From sequence record NC_047838.1: a stretch of DNA of 64,000 nt; one strand, 5' to 3'. Both the position numbers and the translations under genes were made by a program. The notes under the pieces are model-generated. The model was not told the origin of the DNA. It searched no databases and was given only the letters and a program-made list of their open reading frames with translations. Within the stretch, counting starts at the first letter, position 1. Every line of letters starts with the position of its first letter. Positions 9,057 through 19,353 of this stretch are shown in pieces.

Positions 9057-10003
9057 TTATGAGTGACCAGTTTCTTTGGGTAGAAAAATATCGACCCAAG
9101 ACTATCGAAGAGTGTATACTTCCTGACAATACTAAAAAAACCTTTCAAGATTTCCTAGATAAAGGTGAGATACCTAACATGCTGCTTGCTGGTCCTGCAG
9201 GGTGTGGTAAAACAACTGTAGCTAAAGCACTTTGCAACGAACTGGGGGTAGATTACTATGTCATCAATGGATCCGATGAGGGACGCTTCCTTGATACGGT
9301 CAGAAATACTGCAAAAAATTTCGCTTCGACCGTATCACTTTCGTCAACTGCTAGACACAAAGTCATCATCATCGACGAAGCTGATAACACAACAAACGAC
9401 GTACAACTCCTCCTTAGGGCGTTTATTGAGGAGTTTCATGGCAACTGCAGATTCATCTTCACCTGCAACTTCAAAAACAAAATCCTCGAACCACTTCATT
9501 CCCGTACAACAGTGGTTGAATTCGGAATTGGGGGAAAGCAAAAACCTGCCATCGCCGCCGCCTTCTTCAAACGTATCCAACAAATCTTGGATGCAGAAGG
9601 TGTTGAATATGATAACAAGGTCCTGGTAGAACTGATTAACAAGCACTTCCCTGATTGGCGACGTGTCTTGAATGAATGCCAACGCTACTCTGCTGGTGGT
9701 AAGATTGACTCTGGCATTCTTGCAACCTTTAGTGATGTAAAAGTAAATGACTTGGTTAAGAAACTTAAGGAAAAAGATTTCCCCGAAGTACGTAAATGGG
9801 TTGTCAATAACTTGGACAACGATACTAGTGTACTTCTGCGTCGTATTTACGATGCTTGTTATGATTCCATGGTTCCGAATAGTATTCCTGCTGCTGTGCT
9901 TACTCTTGCTAAGTATCAGTATCAGATGGCATTTGTCGCGGATCAGGAGATAAATATGCTTGCGTGTCTAACCGAAATTATGGTGGAGTGTGAATTCAAA
10001 TGA
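9053..10003 (+). CDS. gp44: Clamp loader large subunit gp44
   Basis: WVEKYRP, GPAGCGKTT, IIIDEAD, FPDWRR. Confidence 0.97.
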   Translation: MIMSDQFLWVEKYRPKTIEECILPDNTKKTFQDFLDKGEIPNMLLAGPAGCGKTTVAKALCNELGVDYYVINGSDEGRFLDTVRNTAKNFASTVSLSSTARHKVIIIDEADNTTNDVQLLLRAFIEEFHGNCRFIFTCNFKNKILEPLHSRTTVVEFGIGGKQKPAIAAAFFKRIQQILDAEGVEYDNKVLVELINKHFPDWRRVLNECQRYSAGGKIDSGILATFSDVKVNDLVKKLKEKDFPEVRKWVVNNLDNDTSVLLRRIYDACYDSMVPNSIPAAVLTLAKYQYQMAFVADQEINMLACLTEIMVECEFK

Positions 10004-10194
10004 AAACCCCTAGACAAAAGAAATCCAGAACGTATTACTACTTCTGGGCGTTCATGGCACTTACAGTATTCTTTGGACAACTGTATGTTGGATATGGATA
10101 CCGTCTCATGCATGGAAGTATGTTAGATTTGATGGATAAAGTTGATGGAGTGCTTCTTCATGCAACCCCTGATAAGGGACCTAACTTCCTATGA
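10000..10194 (+). CDS. Small membrane hypothetical protein
   Basis: One hydrophobic helix; ATGA overlaps on both sides. Confidence 0.6.
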   Translation: MKTPRQKKSRTYYYFWAFMALTVFFGQLYVGYGYRLMHGSMLDLMDKVDGVLLHATPDKGPNFL

Positions 10195-11045
10195 AGTCTC
10201 TGAAAACTCCTCTTCGTTATCCTGGCGGTAAGAGTCGCGCATGTGTGAAGATGGATCCCTATATTCCTGATCTGCGCGAATACAAAGAATATCGTGAACC
10301 ATTCCTTGGTGGTGGTAGTGTAGCGATTCATATTACTAAAAAATACCCAGACCTTAAAATCTGGGTGAATGATTTGTACGAACCCCTTTACAACTTCTGG
10401 ACAGTTTTGCAGAACAAAACTCTGGGGTACAAAATGTATAAGAGACTGCAGGAACTTAAGTCTAGATATCCAGATCAAGGATCTGCTAGAGGTTTATTTT
10501 TAGAAGCAAAGGACTTAGTAAATGATTATTCCATTTCCCCTGTATATCGCGCTTGTAGTTTCTACGTTATTAACAAGTGCTCTTTTTCTGGTCTCACTGA
10601 ATCCAGCTCCTTCTCAAGACAAGCGTCAGATAGCAATTTCTCGATGCGTGGAATTGATAAACTCCCTGGATACACCCAACTCATCCGAAACTGGAAGATA
10701 ACCAATCAGTCCTATGAAACTTTGATGGATAATGAGTGGGATACTTTTGTGTATCTTGATCCACCATATGATATCAAAGATAATCTGTATGGTAAGAAGG
10801 GATCTATGCATAAAGGATTTGATCATGACCAGTTTGCAAAAAATTGTGATGAATGTTTTATGCCTCAGTTGATTAGTTACAACTCTAATCAACTTGTGAA
10901 GGATAGATTTACTAAGTGGCGAGCAGCAGAGTTTGACTTGACTTATACCATGCGTTCAGTTGGTGAATACATGCGTGAACAAAAAGATCGCAAAGAACTT
11001 TTACTTTTTAATTATGGAACTGAAGGATTGGCTGAACTCAATTAA
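10191..11045 (+). CDS. dam: DNA adenine methyltransferase (Dam-like)
   Basis: LRYPGGKS, EPFLGGGSV (motif I), YLDPPY (motif IV). Confidence 0.93.
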   Translation: MKSLKTPLRYPGGKSRACVKMDPYIPDLREYKEYREPFLGGGSVAIHITKKYPDLKIWVNDLYEPLYNFWTVLQNKTLGYKMYKRLQELKSRYPDQGSARGLFLEAKDLVNDYSISPVYRACSFYVINKCSFSGLTESSSFSRQASDSNFSMRGIDKLPGYTQLIRNWKITNQSYETLMDNEWDTFVYLDPPYDIKDNLYGKKGSMHKGFDHDQFAKNCDECFMPQLISYNSNQLVKDRFTKWRAAEFDLTYTMRSVGEYMREQKDRKELLLFNYGTEGLAELN

Positions 11046-11382
11046 TTTCACGAAGGAAGATCTGAGTGAAGAAACTAGCGATTACCCTCCATATATCGTT
11101 AATCGTTGTCTGTCTGGGCACCTTGATTGTGTCATGTACGCTAACGAGATGAACAAGTATCCTAATTTAGATAAAGATATGCAATATTCTTTTTATCTAA
11201 ATACTTTGAGGAAAAGAAAGAGATTCTCTCCCTGGCTCCGAAAGGATAAAGTCACGGACCTAGAAAGCGTCAAAAAATACTATGGTTATAGTAATGAAAA
11301 AGCATCCCAAGCTCTGAAAATCCTGACTAAAGAACAGATTAACTTTATTAAACAACGACTTGATATTGGAGGGAAGAAATGA
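11014..11382 (+). CDS. gp62: Clamp loader small subunit gp62
   Basis: MELKDWLNSIN, YPPYIVNRCLS, RKRKRFSPW, YYGYSNEKA. Confidence 0.92.
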   Translation: MELKDWLNSINFTKEDLSEETSDYPPYIVNRCLSGHLDCVMYANEMNKYPNLDKDMQYSFYLNTLRKRKRFSPWLRKDKVTDLESVKKYYGYSNEKASQALKILTKEQINFIKQRLDIGGKK

Positions 11383-11816
11383 CTAATACTGTAGAACCTA
11401 CGGTTGATTGGTCTCAAGATCAAATGGTAGAGGTTCTCCTTAATGAACCTGATGATTTTCTGAAAGTCAGAGAGACGCTAACTAGAATCGGAGTCGCGTC
11501 CCGTAAGGAGAAAAAACTCTACCAATCATGTCACATCCTGCACAAGCAGGGCAGGTACTTCATCGTTCACTTTAAGGAACTGTTTGCCCTGGATGGTAAG
11601 CACGCTAACCTGACCGTGAATGACGTGCAGAGACGCAATCGCATCACACGTCTGCTTGCTGACTGGGGACTTATCTCAGTTGTCAAAGAAGACACCGTGC
11701 TTGATATTGCTCCCTTGAATCAAATCAAAGTGTTAGCATACAAGGACAAATCCGATTGGATTTTGGAACAGAAGTACAACATTGGGAAAAAGGGTAAGAC
11801 CCAAGAAGAAGCATAA
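11379..11816 (+). CDS. regA: Translational repressor RegA
   Basis: DDFLKVRETLTRIGVAS, LYQSCHILHKQG, YFIVHFKELF. Confidence 0.96.
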   Translation: MTNTVEPTVDWSQDQMVEVLLNEPDDFLKVRETLTRIGVASRKEKKLYQSCHILHKQGRYFIVHFKELFALDGKHANLTVNDVQRRNRITRLLADWGLISVVKEDTVLDIAPLNQIKVLAYKDKSDWILEQKYNIGKKGKTQEEA

Positions 11817-11867
11817 ATAGAACGTCGCTTTCGTGCGCGACACGCTACATACGGAATATACGCTACT

Positions 11868-11897
11868 AAAGGGGGGATACCAACACCCCCCTTTTTT
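11868..11897 (+). terminator. Intrinsic terminator after regA
   Basis: AAAGGGGGG-ataccaaca-CCCCCCTTTTTT. Confidence 0.7.
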
Positions 11898-11973
11898 ATG
11901 CTTTCTTGTATAATTAGTATGTACGCCGTAAGGGTACACACAACACACTCTCGCTTAAATAAGGAGAAGTCAA

Positions 11974-12405
11974 ATGACTAACTTAATGAAGTTTAATGCT
12001 GCCGATTTGGATCAGTTGATGGATAAGATTGTCCGCAACTCTATCGGGATGGACGACTATCTAAACAACGTTTTCCATACTCAAACACAAAGCAACTATC
12101 CCCCATATAATGTCGTTCAGTTGAATAATACTGAGACTAAACTTGAGATTGCTCTTGCCGGATTCACCAAAGATGAGGTCAAGGCATTTACAGAATATGG
12201 TAAACTCACAGTAAAAGGGGAGAAGGAAGCAACCACCGAGGAGGGTCAATACCTTCACAAAGGACTTGCTTATAGGAACTTTGAAAGATCCTGGACTCTC
12301 GCGGAGGGAACTGAGGTAACAGATGTGAACTTTGAAAATGGACTTCTCACTATTCTTGTTAAGAAGATTGTCCCCGAACACCATGCTCGTAAGGATTATC
12401 TCTAA
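11974..12405 (+). CDS. hsp20: Small heat shock protein (Hsp20/IbpA family)
   Basis: NYPPYN, LEIALAGF, YLHKGLAYRNF, FENGLLTI. Confidence 0.95.
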   Translation: MTNLMKFNAADLDQLMDKIVRNSIGMDDYLNNVFHTQTQSNYPPYNVVQLNNTETKLEIALAGFTKDEVKAFTEYGKLTVKGEKEATTEEGQYLHKGLAYRNFERSWTLAEGTEVTDVNFENGLLTILVKKIVPEHHARKDYL

Positions 12406-12433
12406 ATATAATTGAATATCGTCGTCGCAGACG

Positions 12434-12474
12434 GAGGGGTAACTGGCCAAATCCAGTTGACACCCCTCTTTTTT
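12434..12474 (+). terminator. Intrinsic terminator after hsp20, overlapping the next promoter
   Basis: GAGGGGT-AACTGG...CCAGTT-gac-ACCCCTC-TTTTTT. Confidence 0.75.
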
Positions 12475-12485
12475 ATTGCTAGAAT
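12457..12485 (+). promoter_or_regulatory. Sigma70-like promoter for the gp43 unit
   Basis: TTGACA-17 nt-TAGAAT with TGn. Confidence 0.7.
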
Positions 12486-12506
12486 ATATGGAGGTTAGAA
12501 TACGTT

Positions 12507-12881
12507 ATGACAATTAAATTGATGCTGCTCAAATCAGGTGAAGATATCATCACCGATGTTTCTGAGATGTGCGTGGGCACAGAAGAGAACAAACGAGTCA
12601 TCGGTTACTATATGAATCGACCATGCATCGTCAAGATGGTCAACCCTAATGTGGTTAAGGAAGATGCAAAGGAAAAGAAAGCAGGATATGAAGTCACCAT
12701 GTTCCCCTGGATTCCTCTGACTCCAGATGAGGACATTCCTGTCCCTGCTGACTGGGTGATCACCATGGTCAACCCAACTGCTAAACTCAAAGAAATGTAC
12801 ATCGAAGACATCGTTAACTATGGAAAAGACAATCAAGGCGATACTGCTGACAACCAATCAGATTCTGATCAGTCAGATTGA
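12507..12881 (+). CDS. Hypothetical protein upstream of gp43
   Basis: GGAGG SD; MTIKLMLLKSGEDII...FPWIPLT. Confidence 0.75.
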   Translation: MTIKLMLLKSGEDIITDVSEMCVGTEENKRVIGYYMNRPCIVKMVNPNVVKEDAKEKKAGYEVTMFPWIPLTPDEDIPVPADWVITMVNPTAKLKEMYIEDIVNYGKDNQGDTADNQSDSDQSD

Positions 12882-13077
12882 TGAGATAGGGGCAGATATT
12901 GGTCAACCAGATTGTAAGTTGACCAGTCCATTTGTTCTCCAGCAAGACGGAACACTTGAACCATGGTTAATTTCTGTGTCACGTCAAGACGTTTTTATGA
13001 TTAGTTCTGATAAGATTATTACTCTTACAGAACCCATGCCCACCCTAGTTGAAAAATACGAACAACTTACTAAGTAA
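12820..13077 (+). CDS. Hypothetical protein upstream of gp43
   Basis: 85 aa; stop overlaps gp43 ATG; predicted beta-rich. Confidence 0.7.
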   Translation: MEKTIKAILLTTNQILISQIDEIGADIGQPDCKLTSPFVLQQDGTLEPWLISVSRQDVFMISSDKIITLTEPMPTLVEKYEQLTK

Positions 13078-15572
13078 TGCACTTCTACACTAATGTTCAG
13101 TTGATTGGAAATCAAGTCCTCGTTAGGGGAGTTGATAATGGAAAGAGGTATGAGCATCGTGATGAATTTTATCCAACACTGTTTGTTAGATCGAAGAGAG
13201 ATTCAAAATACAAGACACTCAACGGAGAACCGGTAGAGCCAATTAAACCTGGCACCGTCCGTGAGTGTCGTGACTTTTACAAGAAGTATGATGAAGTAGA
13301 TGGGTTTCCCATCTACGGGAATGACAGATACGTATATCAATACATTTCAGAAAAGTATCCTCAGGACGAGATCAAGTTTGATATCAGTCAGATTAAACTG
13401 GTAACTCTTGATATTGAGACTACTGCTGAGAAAGGATTTCCTGATGTAGAATCTGCATCGGAAGAGATCCTGGCAATCACAATTCAGGACTACACCACCA
13501 AGCAAATCACCACCTGGGGCGTCAAACCTTTTGTCAACAAACAAAAGAATGTCACCTATCACTACTGTGAGACAGAGCAAAAACTTCTATCATCCTTTAT
13601 CAATTACTGGATGCAGGATGTCCCGGATGTGGTGACTGGTTGGAACATTCAACTTTTCGATATCCCATACATCTGCAAGCGTCTCAATCGGGTGCTTGGA
13701 GAGAAGTTGATGAAGCGTTTCTCTAACTGGGGACTTGTTACTGAGGGTGAGATTTATGTTCAAGGTAGGAAGCACGTCACGTTTGATGTGGGCGGTCTGA
13801 CTCAACTTGACTATCTGGATCTGTATAAGAAGTTTACTTACAAGGCACAGGAATCTTATCGACTTGATTACATCGCAGAGGTAGAACTAGGGCAGAAGAA
13901 ACTGGACCACTCTGAGTTTGATACCTTCAAAGATTTCTATACTCACGGTTGGCAGAAGTTCATCGAGTATAACATCGTTGACGTAGAACTTGTGGATCGT
14001 CTTGAAGACAAGATGAAACTTATTGAACTTGCCTTGACTATGGCCTATGATGCTAAGGTAAATTATGCCGATGTGTTCTATCAAGTTCGCATGTGGGATA
14101 ACATCATTTATAACTATTTGAAGAAGAGGGATATTGTTATTCCTCCTAAGAACAGGTCTACCAAAAACGAAAAGTATGCAGGTGCCTATGTCAAGGAACC
14201 GATTCCAGGAAAGTATGATTGGGTGGTCAGTTTTGACCTTAATAGTCTGTATCCCCATCTTATTATGCAGTACAATATTTCCCCAGAGACACTCTTGGAT
14301 GAAAGACATCCCACAGCTTCGGTTGATAGAATCCTTGCGGAAGAAATAAACTTTGAGTTATATAAGGACAACGCAGTATGTCCAAATGGTGCCATGTACC
14401 GTAAGGATGTCCGTGGATTCCTTCCTGAGTTGATGGATAAGATGTATGGTGACCGTGTGATCTTCAAGAAGAAGATGATTCAGGCAAAGAAAGAATATGA
14501 AAAGACTCCTACAAAGACTCTGGAGAAAGAGATCGCCCGGTGCAACAATATCCAGATGGCTAAGAAGATCTCACTCAACTCTGCTTATGGTGCTATCGGT
14601 AATCAGTATTTTAGGTACTATCAACTGGCCAATGCGGAGGCGATTACGCTTTCTGGTCAAGTCTCTATCCGTTGGATTGAGCAGAAGATGAATGATTATC
14701 TAAATAAACTGTTGCAAACAACCGAAGAGGATTACGTTATTGCGTCCGACACAGACTCAATTTATCTTAATCTTGGACCTCTTGTTAATAAATTTTTTGG
14801 TGCTAAGTCTAGCGACAAAGCAGCAGTTGTTTCCTTACTTAACAAGATCTGCGAAGAGAAGTTTGAACCGTATATCGATCAGTGCTACCAAAATCTGGCG
14901 ACGTATGTCTCGGCATATGATCAGAAGATGCAAATGAAGCGTGAGAATATTGCTGACCGTGGTATCTGGACTGCGAAGAAGCGATACATTCTCAACGTGT
15001 GGGATAGTGAGGGTGTCCGTTATGAGGATGCCAAACTCAAGATGATGGGTATTGAGGCAGTCAAGTCATCGACTCCTGCTCCATGCAGGAAGATGATTAA
15101 GGATGCCTTGAAGTTGATGATGAATGGCACAGAGGAAGATGTAATTGACTTCATCGATAAGAGTCGTGAGGAGTTTAAGAAGTTGCCCCCAGAGCAAATT
15201 TCATTTCCTCGTTCTGTTTCTGATGTTGTGAAGTATAAGTCTCATTCTGACATCTATATCAAAGGGACTCCTATTCACTGTCGTGGAGCACTTCTCTACA
15301 ATCACTACATTCTCAAGAATAAACTTGACAACAAATACTCTCTCATTCAAAACGGAGAGAAGATCAAGTTCTGCTATTTGAAGAAACCAAATAGTATTCA
15401 TGAGAACGTGATTTCTTTTATTCAAGACTTTCCTAAGGAACTTGATATTGACAAGTACATCGACTATGACTTACAATTTGAAAAGAGTTTTGTTGAACCT
15501 CTAAAGGCAATCCTTGACGCTATCGGTTGGAACGTCGAAAAAACTGTAAACCTGGAACTATTTTTCTCCTAA
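13077..15572 (+). CDS. gp43: Family B DNA polymerase gp43
   Basis: Exo DIET, SFDLNSLYP, KISLNSAYG, SDTDS; 831 aa with no intein-sized insertion. Confidence 0.98.
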   Translation: MHFYTNVQLIGNQVLVRGVDNGKRYEHRDEFYPTLFVRSKRDSKYKTLNGEPVEPIKPGTVRECRDFYKKYDEVDGFPIYGNDRYVYQYISEKYPQDEIKFDISQIKLVTLDIETTAEKGFPDVESASEEILAITIQDYTTKQITTWGVKPFVNKQKNVTYHYCETEQKLLSSFINYWMQDVPDVVTGWNIQLFDIPYICKRLNRVLGEKLMKRFSNWGLVTEGEIYVQGRKHVTFDVGGLTQLDYLDLYKKFTYKAQESYRLDYIAEVELGQKKLDHSEFDTFKDFYTHGWQKFIEYNIVDVELVDRLEDKMKLIELALTMAYDAKVNYADVFYQVRMWDNIIYNYLKKRDIVIPPKNRSTKNEKYAGAYVKEPIPGKYDWVVSFDLNSLYPHLIMQYNISPETLLDERHPTASVDRILAEEINFELYKDNAVCPNGAMYRKDVRGFLPELMDKMYGDRVIFKKKMIQAKKEYEKTPTKTLEKEIARCNNIQMAKKISLNSAYGAIGNQYFRYYQLANAEAITLSGQVSIRWIEQKMNDYLNKLLQTTEEDYVIASDTDSIYLNLGPLVNKFFGAKSSDKAAVVSLLNKICEEKFEPYIDQCYQNLATYVSAYDQKMQMKRENIADRGIWTAKKRYILNVWDSEGVRYEDAKLKMMGIEAVKSSTPAPCRKMIKDALKLMMNGTEEDVIDFIDKSREEFKKLPPEQISFPRSVSDVVKYKSHSDIYIKGTPIHCRGALLYNHYILKNKLDNKYSLIQNGEKIKFCYLKKPNSIHENVISFIQDFPKELDIDKYIDYDLQFEKSFVEPLKAILDAIGWNVEKTVNLELFFS

Positions 15573-15742
15573 TGGACCTGCCTATTAACGATAAAGAACT
15601 TGCTACTATTGTTAGCGCACTTCGCCTTGGTGGAGATGCTGCTCTTTATCAGAAGATGACTAGAATTAAAGAGATCCGCGATGCTAACCCAGGCGGACCT
15701 TACAAAAAGATTGCCCGCGAAGAATTTGGATTTGTTATTTAA
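15572..15742 (+). CDS. Small hypothetical protein
   Basis: TAATG coupling on both sides; MDLPINDKEL... Confidence 0.65.
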   Translation: MDLPINDKELATIVSALRLGGDAALYQKMTRIKEIRDANPGGPYKKIAREEFGFVI

Positions 15743-16746
15743 TGGATTTTTTAAAAGAGATTGTAAAAGAGATTGGCGATGACTACACCAAACTCGCATC
15801 CGATATTGATGAGACTGAAACTTTTGTTGATACAGGTTCGTACATTTTTAACGGACTTGTTTCAGGGTCTATATTTGGTGGTGTATCTGGGAATAAGATT
15901 ACTGCCATTGCTGGCGAGTCTAGCACTGGCAAAACTTTCTTCAGTTTGGCAGTCGTCAAGAATTTCCTTGATTCTAATCCTGATGGTTATTGTCTATATT
16001 TTGACACTGAAGCCGCTGTTAACAAGAGTCTTATTGCAAGTCGGGGTATTGATCTAGATCGCCTGGTTGTTATCAATGTTGTTACAATTGAAGAGTTTAG
16101 AAGCAAAGCATTACGTGCTGTAGATATATACTTAAAAAAACCTGAAGACGAACGCAAACCCTGCATGTTTGTCCTAGACTCCTTGGGTATGCTTTCTACG
16201 GAGAAAGAAATTACTGACGCACTCAACGACAAACAAGTCCGCGACATGACCAAATCTCAACTGGTCAAAGGTGCGTTCCGAATGCTCACACTCAAACTTG
16301 GACAAGCAAATGTTCCGCTCATTGTCACAAATCACACATACGATGTCATCGGAGCTTACGTACCGACTAAAGAAATGGGAGGAGGCAGTGGCCTCAAGTA
16401 TGCCGCCAGTACGATCATTTATCTCTCAAAGAAAAAAGAAAAGGATGGAACGACTGTTATCGGAAACCTTATCAAAGCTAAGACTGCTAAGTCGCGTCTG
16501 AGTAAGGAGAACAAAGATGTTACGGTGCGTCTTTATTACGATGAGCGTGGTCTTGATCGATATTATGGTCTTCTGGAACTCGGTGAACTGGGTGGTCTCT
16601 GGAAGAACGTTGCTGGTCGATATGAGATAGATGGTAAGAAAGTCTATGCTAAGGCAATCTACAAGGACCCAGAACAATACTTTACTCCTGAGGTGATGGA
16701 GAAACTTGATGAGATTGCTCGTCAAGAGTTTAGTTATGGATCATGA
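15742..16746 (+). CDS. uvsX: RecA-like recombinase UvsX
   Basis: AGESSTGKT, FVLDSLG, VTNHTY, MGGGSGLKYAAS. Confidence 0.96.
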   Translation: MDFLKEIVKEIGDDYTKLASDIDETETFVDTGSYIFNGLVSGSIFGGVSGNKITAIAGESSTGKTFFSLAVVKNFLDSNPDGYCLYFDTEAAVNKSLIASRGIDLDRLVVINVVTIEEFRSKALRAVDIYLKKPEDERKPCMFVLDSLGMLSTEKEITDALNDKQVRDMTKSQLVKGAFRMLTLKLGQANVPLIVTNHTYDVIGAYVPTKEMGGGSGLKYAASTIIYLSKKKEKDGTTVIGNLIKAKTAKSRLSKENKDVTVRLYYDERGLDRYYGLLELGELGGLWKNVAGRYEIDGKKVYAKAIYKDPEQYFTPEVMEKLDEIARQEFSYGS

Positions 16747-17285
16747 TCAAGATTCTCAAGACTGGAATCAACGTAGATAAAGTCATTCAGCAACTGAAGA
16801 AATATCCAGGAGACTGGGACCACCAGAAGAATCTGGACCGGTCTCAGTCTCTTGTTGACAGAGGGTTTGCAGACTTGCCAGTCAGCGCACTTCAACTTAT
16901 AATAGGTGGGGTCAAACACAAAGATGATTTTGTGGGTGACTCTGAGATTAACGTAAAGACTCCGGCATACGCTCATCATAGTGAGATCAGAAAGATCATA
17001 CGCAAGCATTTTAAGAAAGCAGACATTCACAGATGCGGTTTTCTTTCACTTCCTATTGATGAGATTGTAGGAGCACATATTGACGAGGGTACATATTACC
17101 TGACAAGGAATCGCTATCATCTTTCTATACTCGGACGCTATCAGTATTTTTGCGGGAAAGAAAGTGTGATTGTGGAACCAGGAACTCTTCTGTGGTTCAA
17201 CAATAAATTACCTCATGGCACCGTTAACATCGGTGATGAGACACGCATAACATTTGTATTTGATATCCCTCATGGACAAAGTTGA
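16743..17285 (+). CDS. 2OG-Fe(II) oxygenase, aspartyl/asparaginyl beta-hydroxylase-like
   Basis: HID...PHGTVN facial triad, RYHL, RITFVFD. Confidence 0.8.
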   Translation: MIKILKTGINVDKVIQQLKKYPGDWDHQKNLDRSQSLVDRGFADLPVSALQLIIGGVKHKDDFVGDSEINVKTPAYAHHSEIRKIIRKHFKKADIHRCGFLSLPIDEIVGAHIDEGTYYLTRNRYHLSILGRYQYFCGKESVIVEPGTLLWFNNKLPHGTVNIGDETRITFVFDIPHGQS

Positions 17286-18648
17286 AATCCTTATCCTAAG
17301 AAACCTACTCTTTAATGAGGAATATCTTCGTAAGGTTGTTCCTTTTATCAAGGCAGAATATTTTGAGGAGATAACTCAGAAAGTAATCTTTGAAGAGATT
17401 TGGAACTTCGTTCAAGAATATAATCAAGCAACGACAAAGGAAGTTCTCTGTATTGAGATTGAGAAACGTAGCGATATTACCGATGCTTCGTTTAAAGAAA
17501 TCACGCAACTGATTAGTTACTTGGAAGATGTTCCAACAGACTATGATTGGTTGCTAGATACCACAGAGAAGTGGTGCCGTGATCGTGCTATCTATCTGGC
17601 ACTAATGGAATCCATCGCTCTTGCAGATGGAAAGGATAAAGAAAAGGATCGTGATGCGATCCCCAGCATTCTGTCAGATGCTCTGGCAGTTTCATTTGAC
17701 ACCCATGTGGGTCATGATTACTTACTCGATTATGAGGCGAGATATGAATCCTACCATCGCAAAGAAGACAAGATCGAATTCGACCTTGAGTTTTTCAATA
17801 AGATTACGAAAGGTGGTCTCCCGAACAAAACGCTTAATATTGCTCTTGCTGGCACTGGGGTCGGGAAATCTCTGTTTATGTGTCACGTCGCATCTGGAGC
17901 TCTCCTCGACGGAAAAAACGTATTATATATCACGATGGAAATGGCTGAGGAAAAGATTGCAGAGAGAATTGATGCTAATCTTCTCAACGTCCCTATCCAG
18001 GAGATAACAGAACTTCCTAAGGTGATGTTTGAGGATAAGGTGACAAAGTTAGCACAGAAAACTCAAGGCACTCTTATAATTAAAGAGTATCCAACGGCAT
18101 CTGCACATGCTGGACACTTTAGGGCACTTCTTAATGAACTTGCACTTAAGAAGTCATTTAGACCTGATATTATTTTCATCGATTACCTTAATATATGTGC
18201 TTCCAGCAGGTATCGCGGAAACAGCACTGTCAATTCATATAGTTATATCAAAGCTATTGCTGAAGAGCTTAGAGGACTGGCTGTTGAAGCAAACGTCCCT
18301 ATCGTATCTGCCACGCAGACCACTCGTTCTGGTTATGGTAGCTCTGATGTTGAGCTTACTGATACTAGTGAGTCCTTTGGTCTCCCTGCTACTGCTGATC
18401 TTATGTTTGCCCTTATTTCTACAGAAGAGCTTGAGGGGTTGGGACAAATTATGGTGAAGCAGTTGAAGAATCGTTATAATGATTTGTCGGTGTTCAAGCG
18501 TTTTGTGGTTGGCATCGACCGTGCCAAGATGCGACTCTATGATTGTGAACAGACAGCACAGAATGATATTCTTGACAGCGGTCAGGATGAAGAGTATAAT
18601 TATGAAGAATCAAAACCAAAGAAATCGTTTGAGGGGTTCAAGTTTTGA
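17272..18648 (+). CDS. gp41: Replicative DnaB-like helicase gp41
   Basis: LAGTGVGKS, ITMEM, IFIDYLN, SATQTTR, SESFGLPATAD. Confidence 0.97.
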   Translation: MDKVEILILRNLLFNEEYLRKVVPFIKAEYFEEITQKVIFEEIWNFVQEYNQATTKEVLCIEIEKRSDITDASFKEITQLISYLEDVPTDYDWLLDTTEKWCRDRAIYLALMESIALADGKDKEKDRDAIPSILSDALAVSFDTHVGHDYLLDYEARYESYHRKEDKIEFDLEFFNKITKGGLPNKTLNIALAGTGVGKSLFMCHVASGALLDGKNVLYITMEMAEEKIAERIDANLLNVPIQEITELPKVMFEDKVTKLAQKTQGTLIIKEYPTASAHAGHFRALLNELALKKSFRPDIIFIDYLNICASSRYRGNSTVNSYSYIKAIAEELRGLAVEANVPIVSATQTTRSGYGSSDVELTDTSESFGLPATADLMFALISTEELEGLGQIMVKQLKNRYNDLSVFKRFVVGIDRAKMRLYDCEQTAQNDILDSGQDEEYNYEESKPKKSFEGFKF

Positions 18649-18959
18649 ACGGATACTATTCAGTTTTCAATCCCCGTGGAGAGAAAATCGCTGACTGCGG
18701 TATCGAAAGAGATGCAGTCAATCTTATTGGTATGAGAAACCGTCGATGGGATGGTCATTACTACCAATTCAATCCTCTTCCTGGCGAGATCGTTGAAACC
18801 AAACTTCTTGAAAGACCTAAACTTCCTACTAAAGACATCGTAGTCAACATGGATGGTGGAGTCGGTGGATCATGGAGAGAGGTTGAGACCATCGAAATCA
18901 AAGGACAAAAATTACATCTACAGCAATCAGATTTACCCAAAGCAAATTATGACCGTTGA
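18645..18959 (+). CDS. Hypothetical protein
   Basis: TTG start overlapping the gp41 stop; ends overlapping mazG. Confidence 0.6.
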   Translation: MNGYYSVFNPRGEKIADCGIERDAVNLIGMRNRRWDGHYYQFNPLPGEIVETKLLERPKLPTKDIVVNMDGGVGGSWREVETIEIKGQKLHLQQSDLPKANYDR

Positions 18960-19353
18960 CACCGCTAAATATCTTGAGTTCGTTGAAGGAGTGACCAGTC
19001 CTCCTAGTCTTGACTGGCCTGTGCTTGCTGCTCGACTGAGTGAACTAGAAGTTAATGACTGCAACGTCACTCAACTGATGACTGCTGCACTTGGTTTGAC
19101 TGCTGAGTCTGGTGAGTTTACTGAAGTTGTGAAGAAGATCTTCCTGCAGGGTAAACCCTACACCGAAGAGAATATCTTCCACATGAAGCGTGAACTGGGT
19201 GATATCTGCTGGTATCTTGCTCAGGCATGTATGGCACTCGACACCACCTTTGATGAAGTCATCGAGATGAATGTTGAGAAACTTCAGTCTCGCTATCCTG
19301 GTGGTAGTTTTGATGTTCACAAGTCTGAGAATCGTCAAGACGGTGACGTTTGA
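18949..19353 (+). CDS. mazG: MazG-like nucleotide pyrophosphohydrolase
   Basis: ALGLTAESGEFTEVVKK, ELGDICWY, NVEKLQSRYP. Confidence 0.92.
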   Translation: MTVDTAKYLEFVEGVTSPPSLDWPVLAARLSELEVNDCNVTQLMTAALGLTAESGEFTEVVKKIFLQGKPYTEENIFHMKRELGDICWYLAQACMALDTTFDEVIEMNVEKLQSRYPGGSFDVHKSENRQDGDV

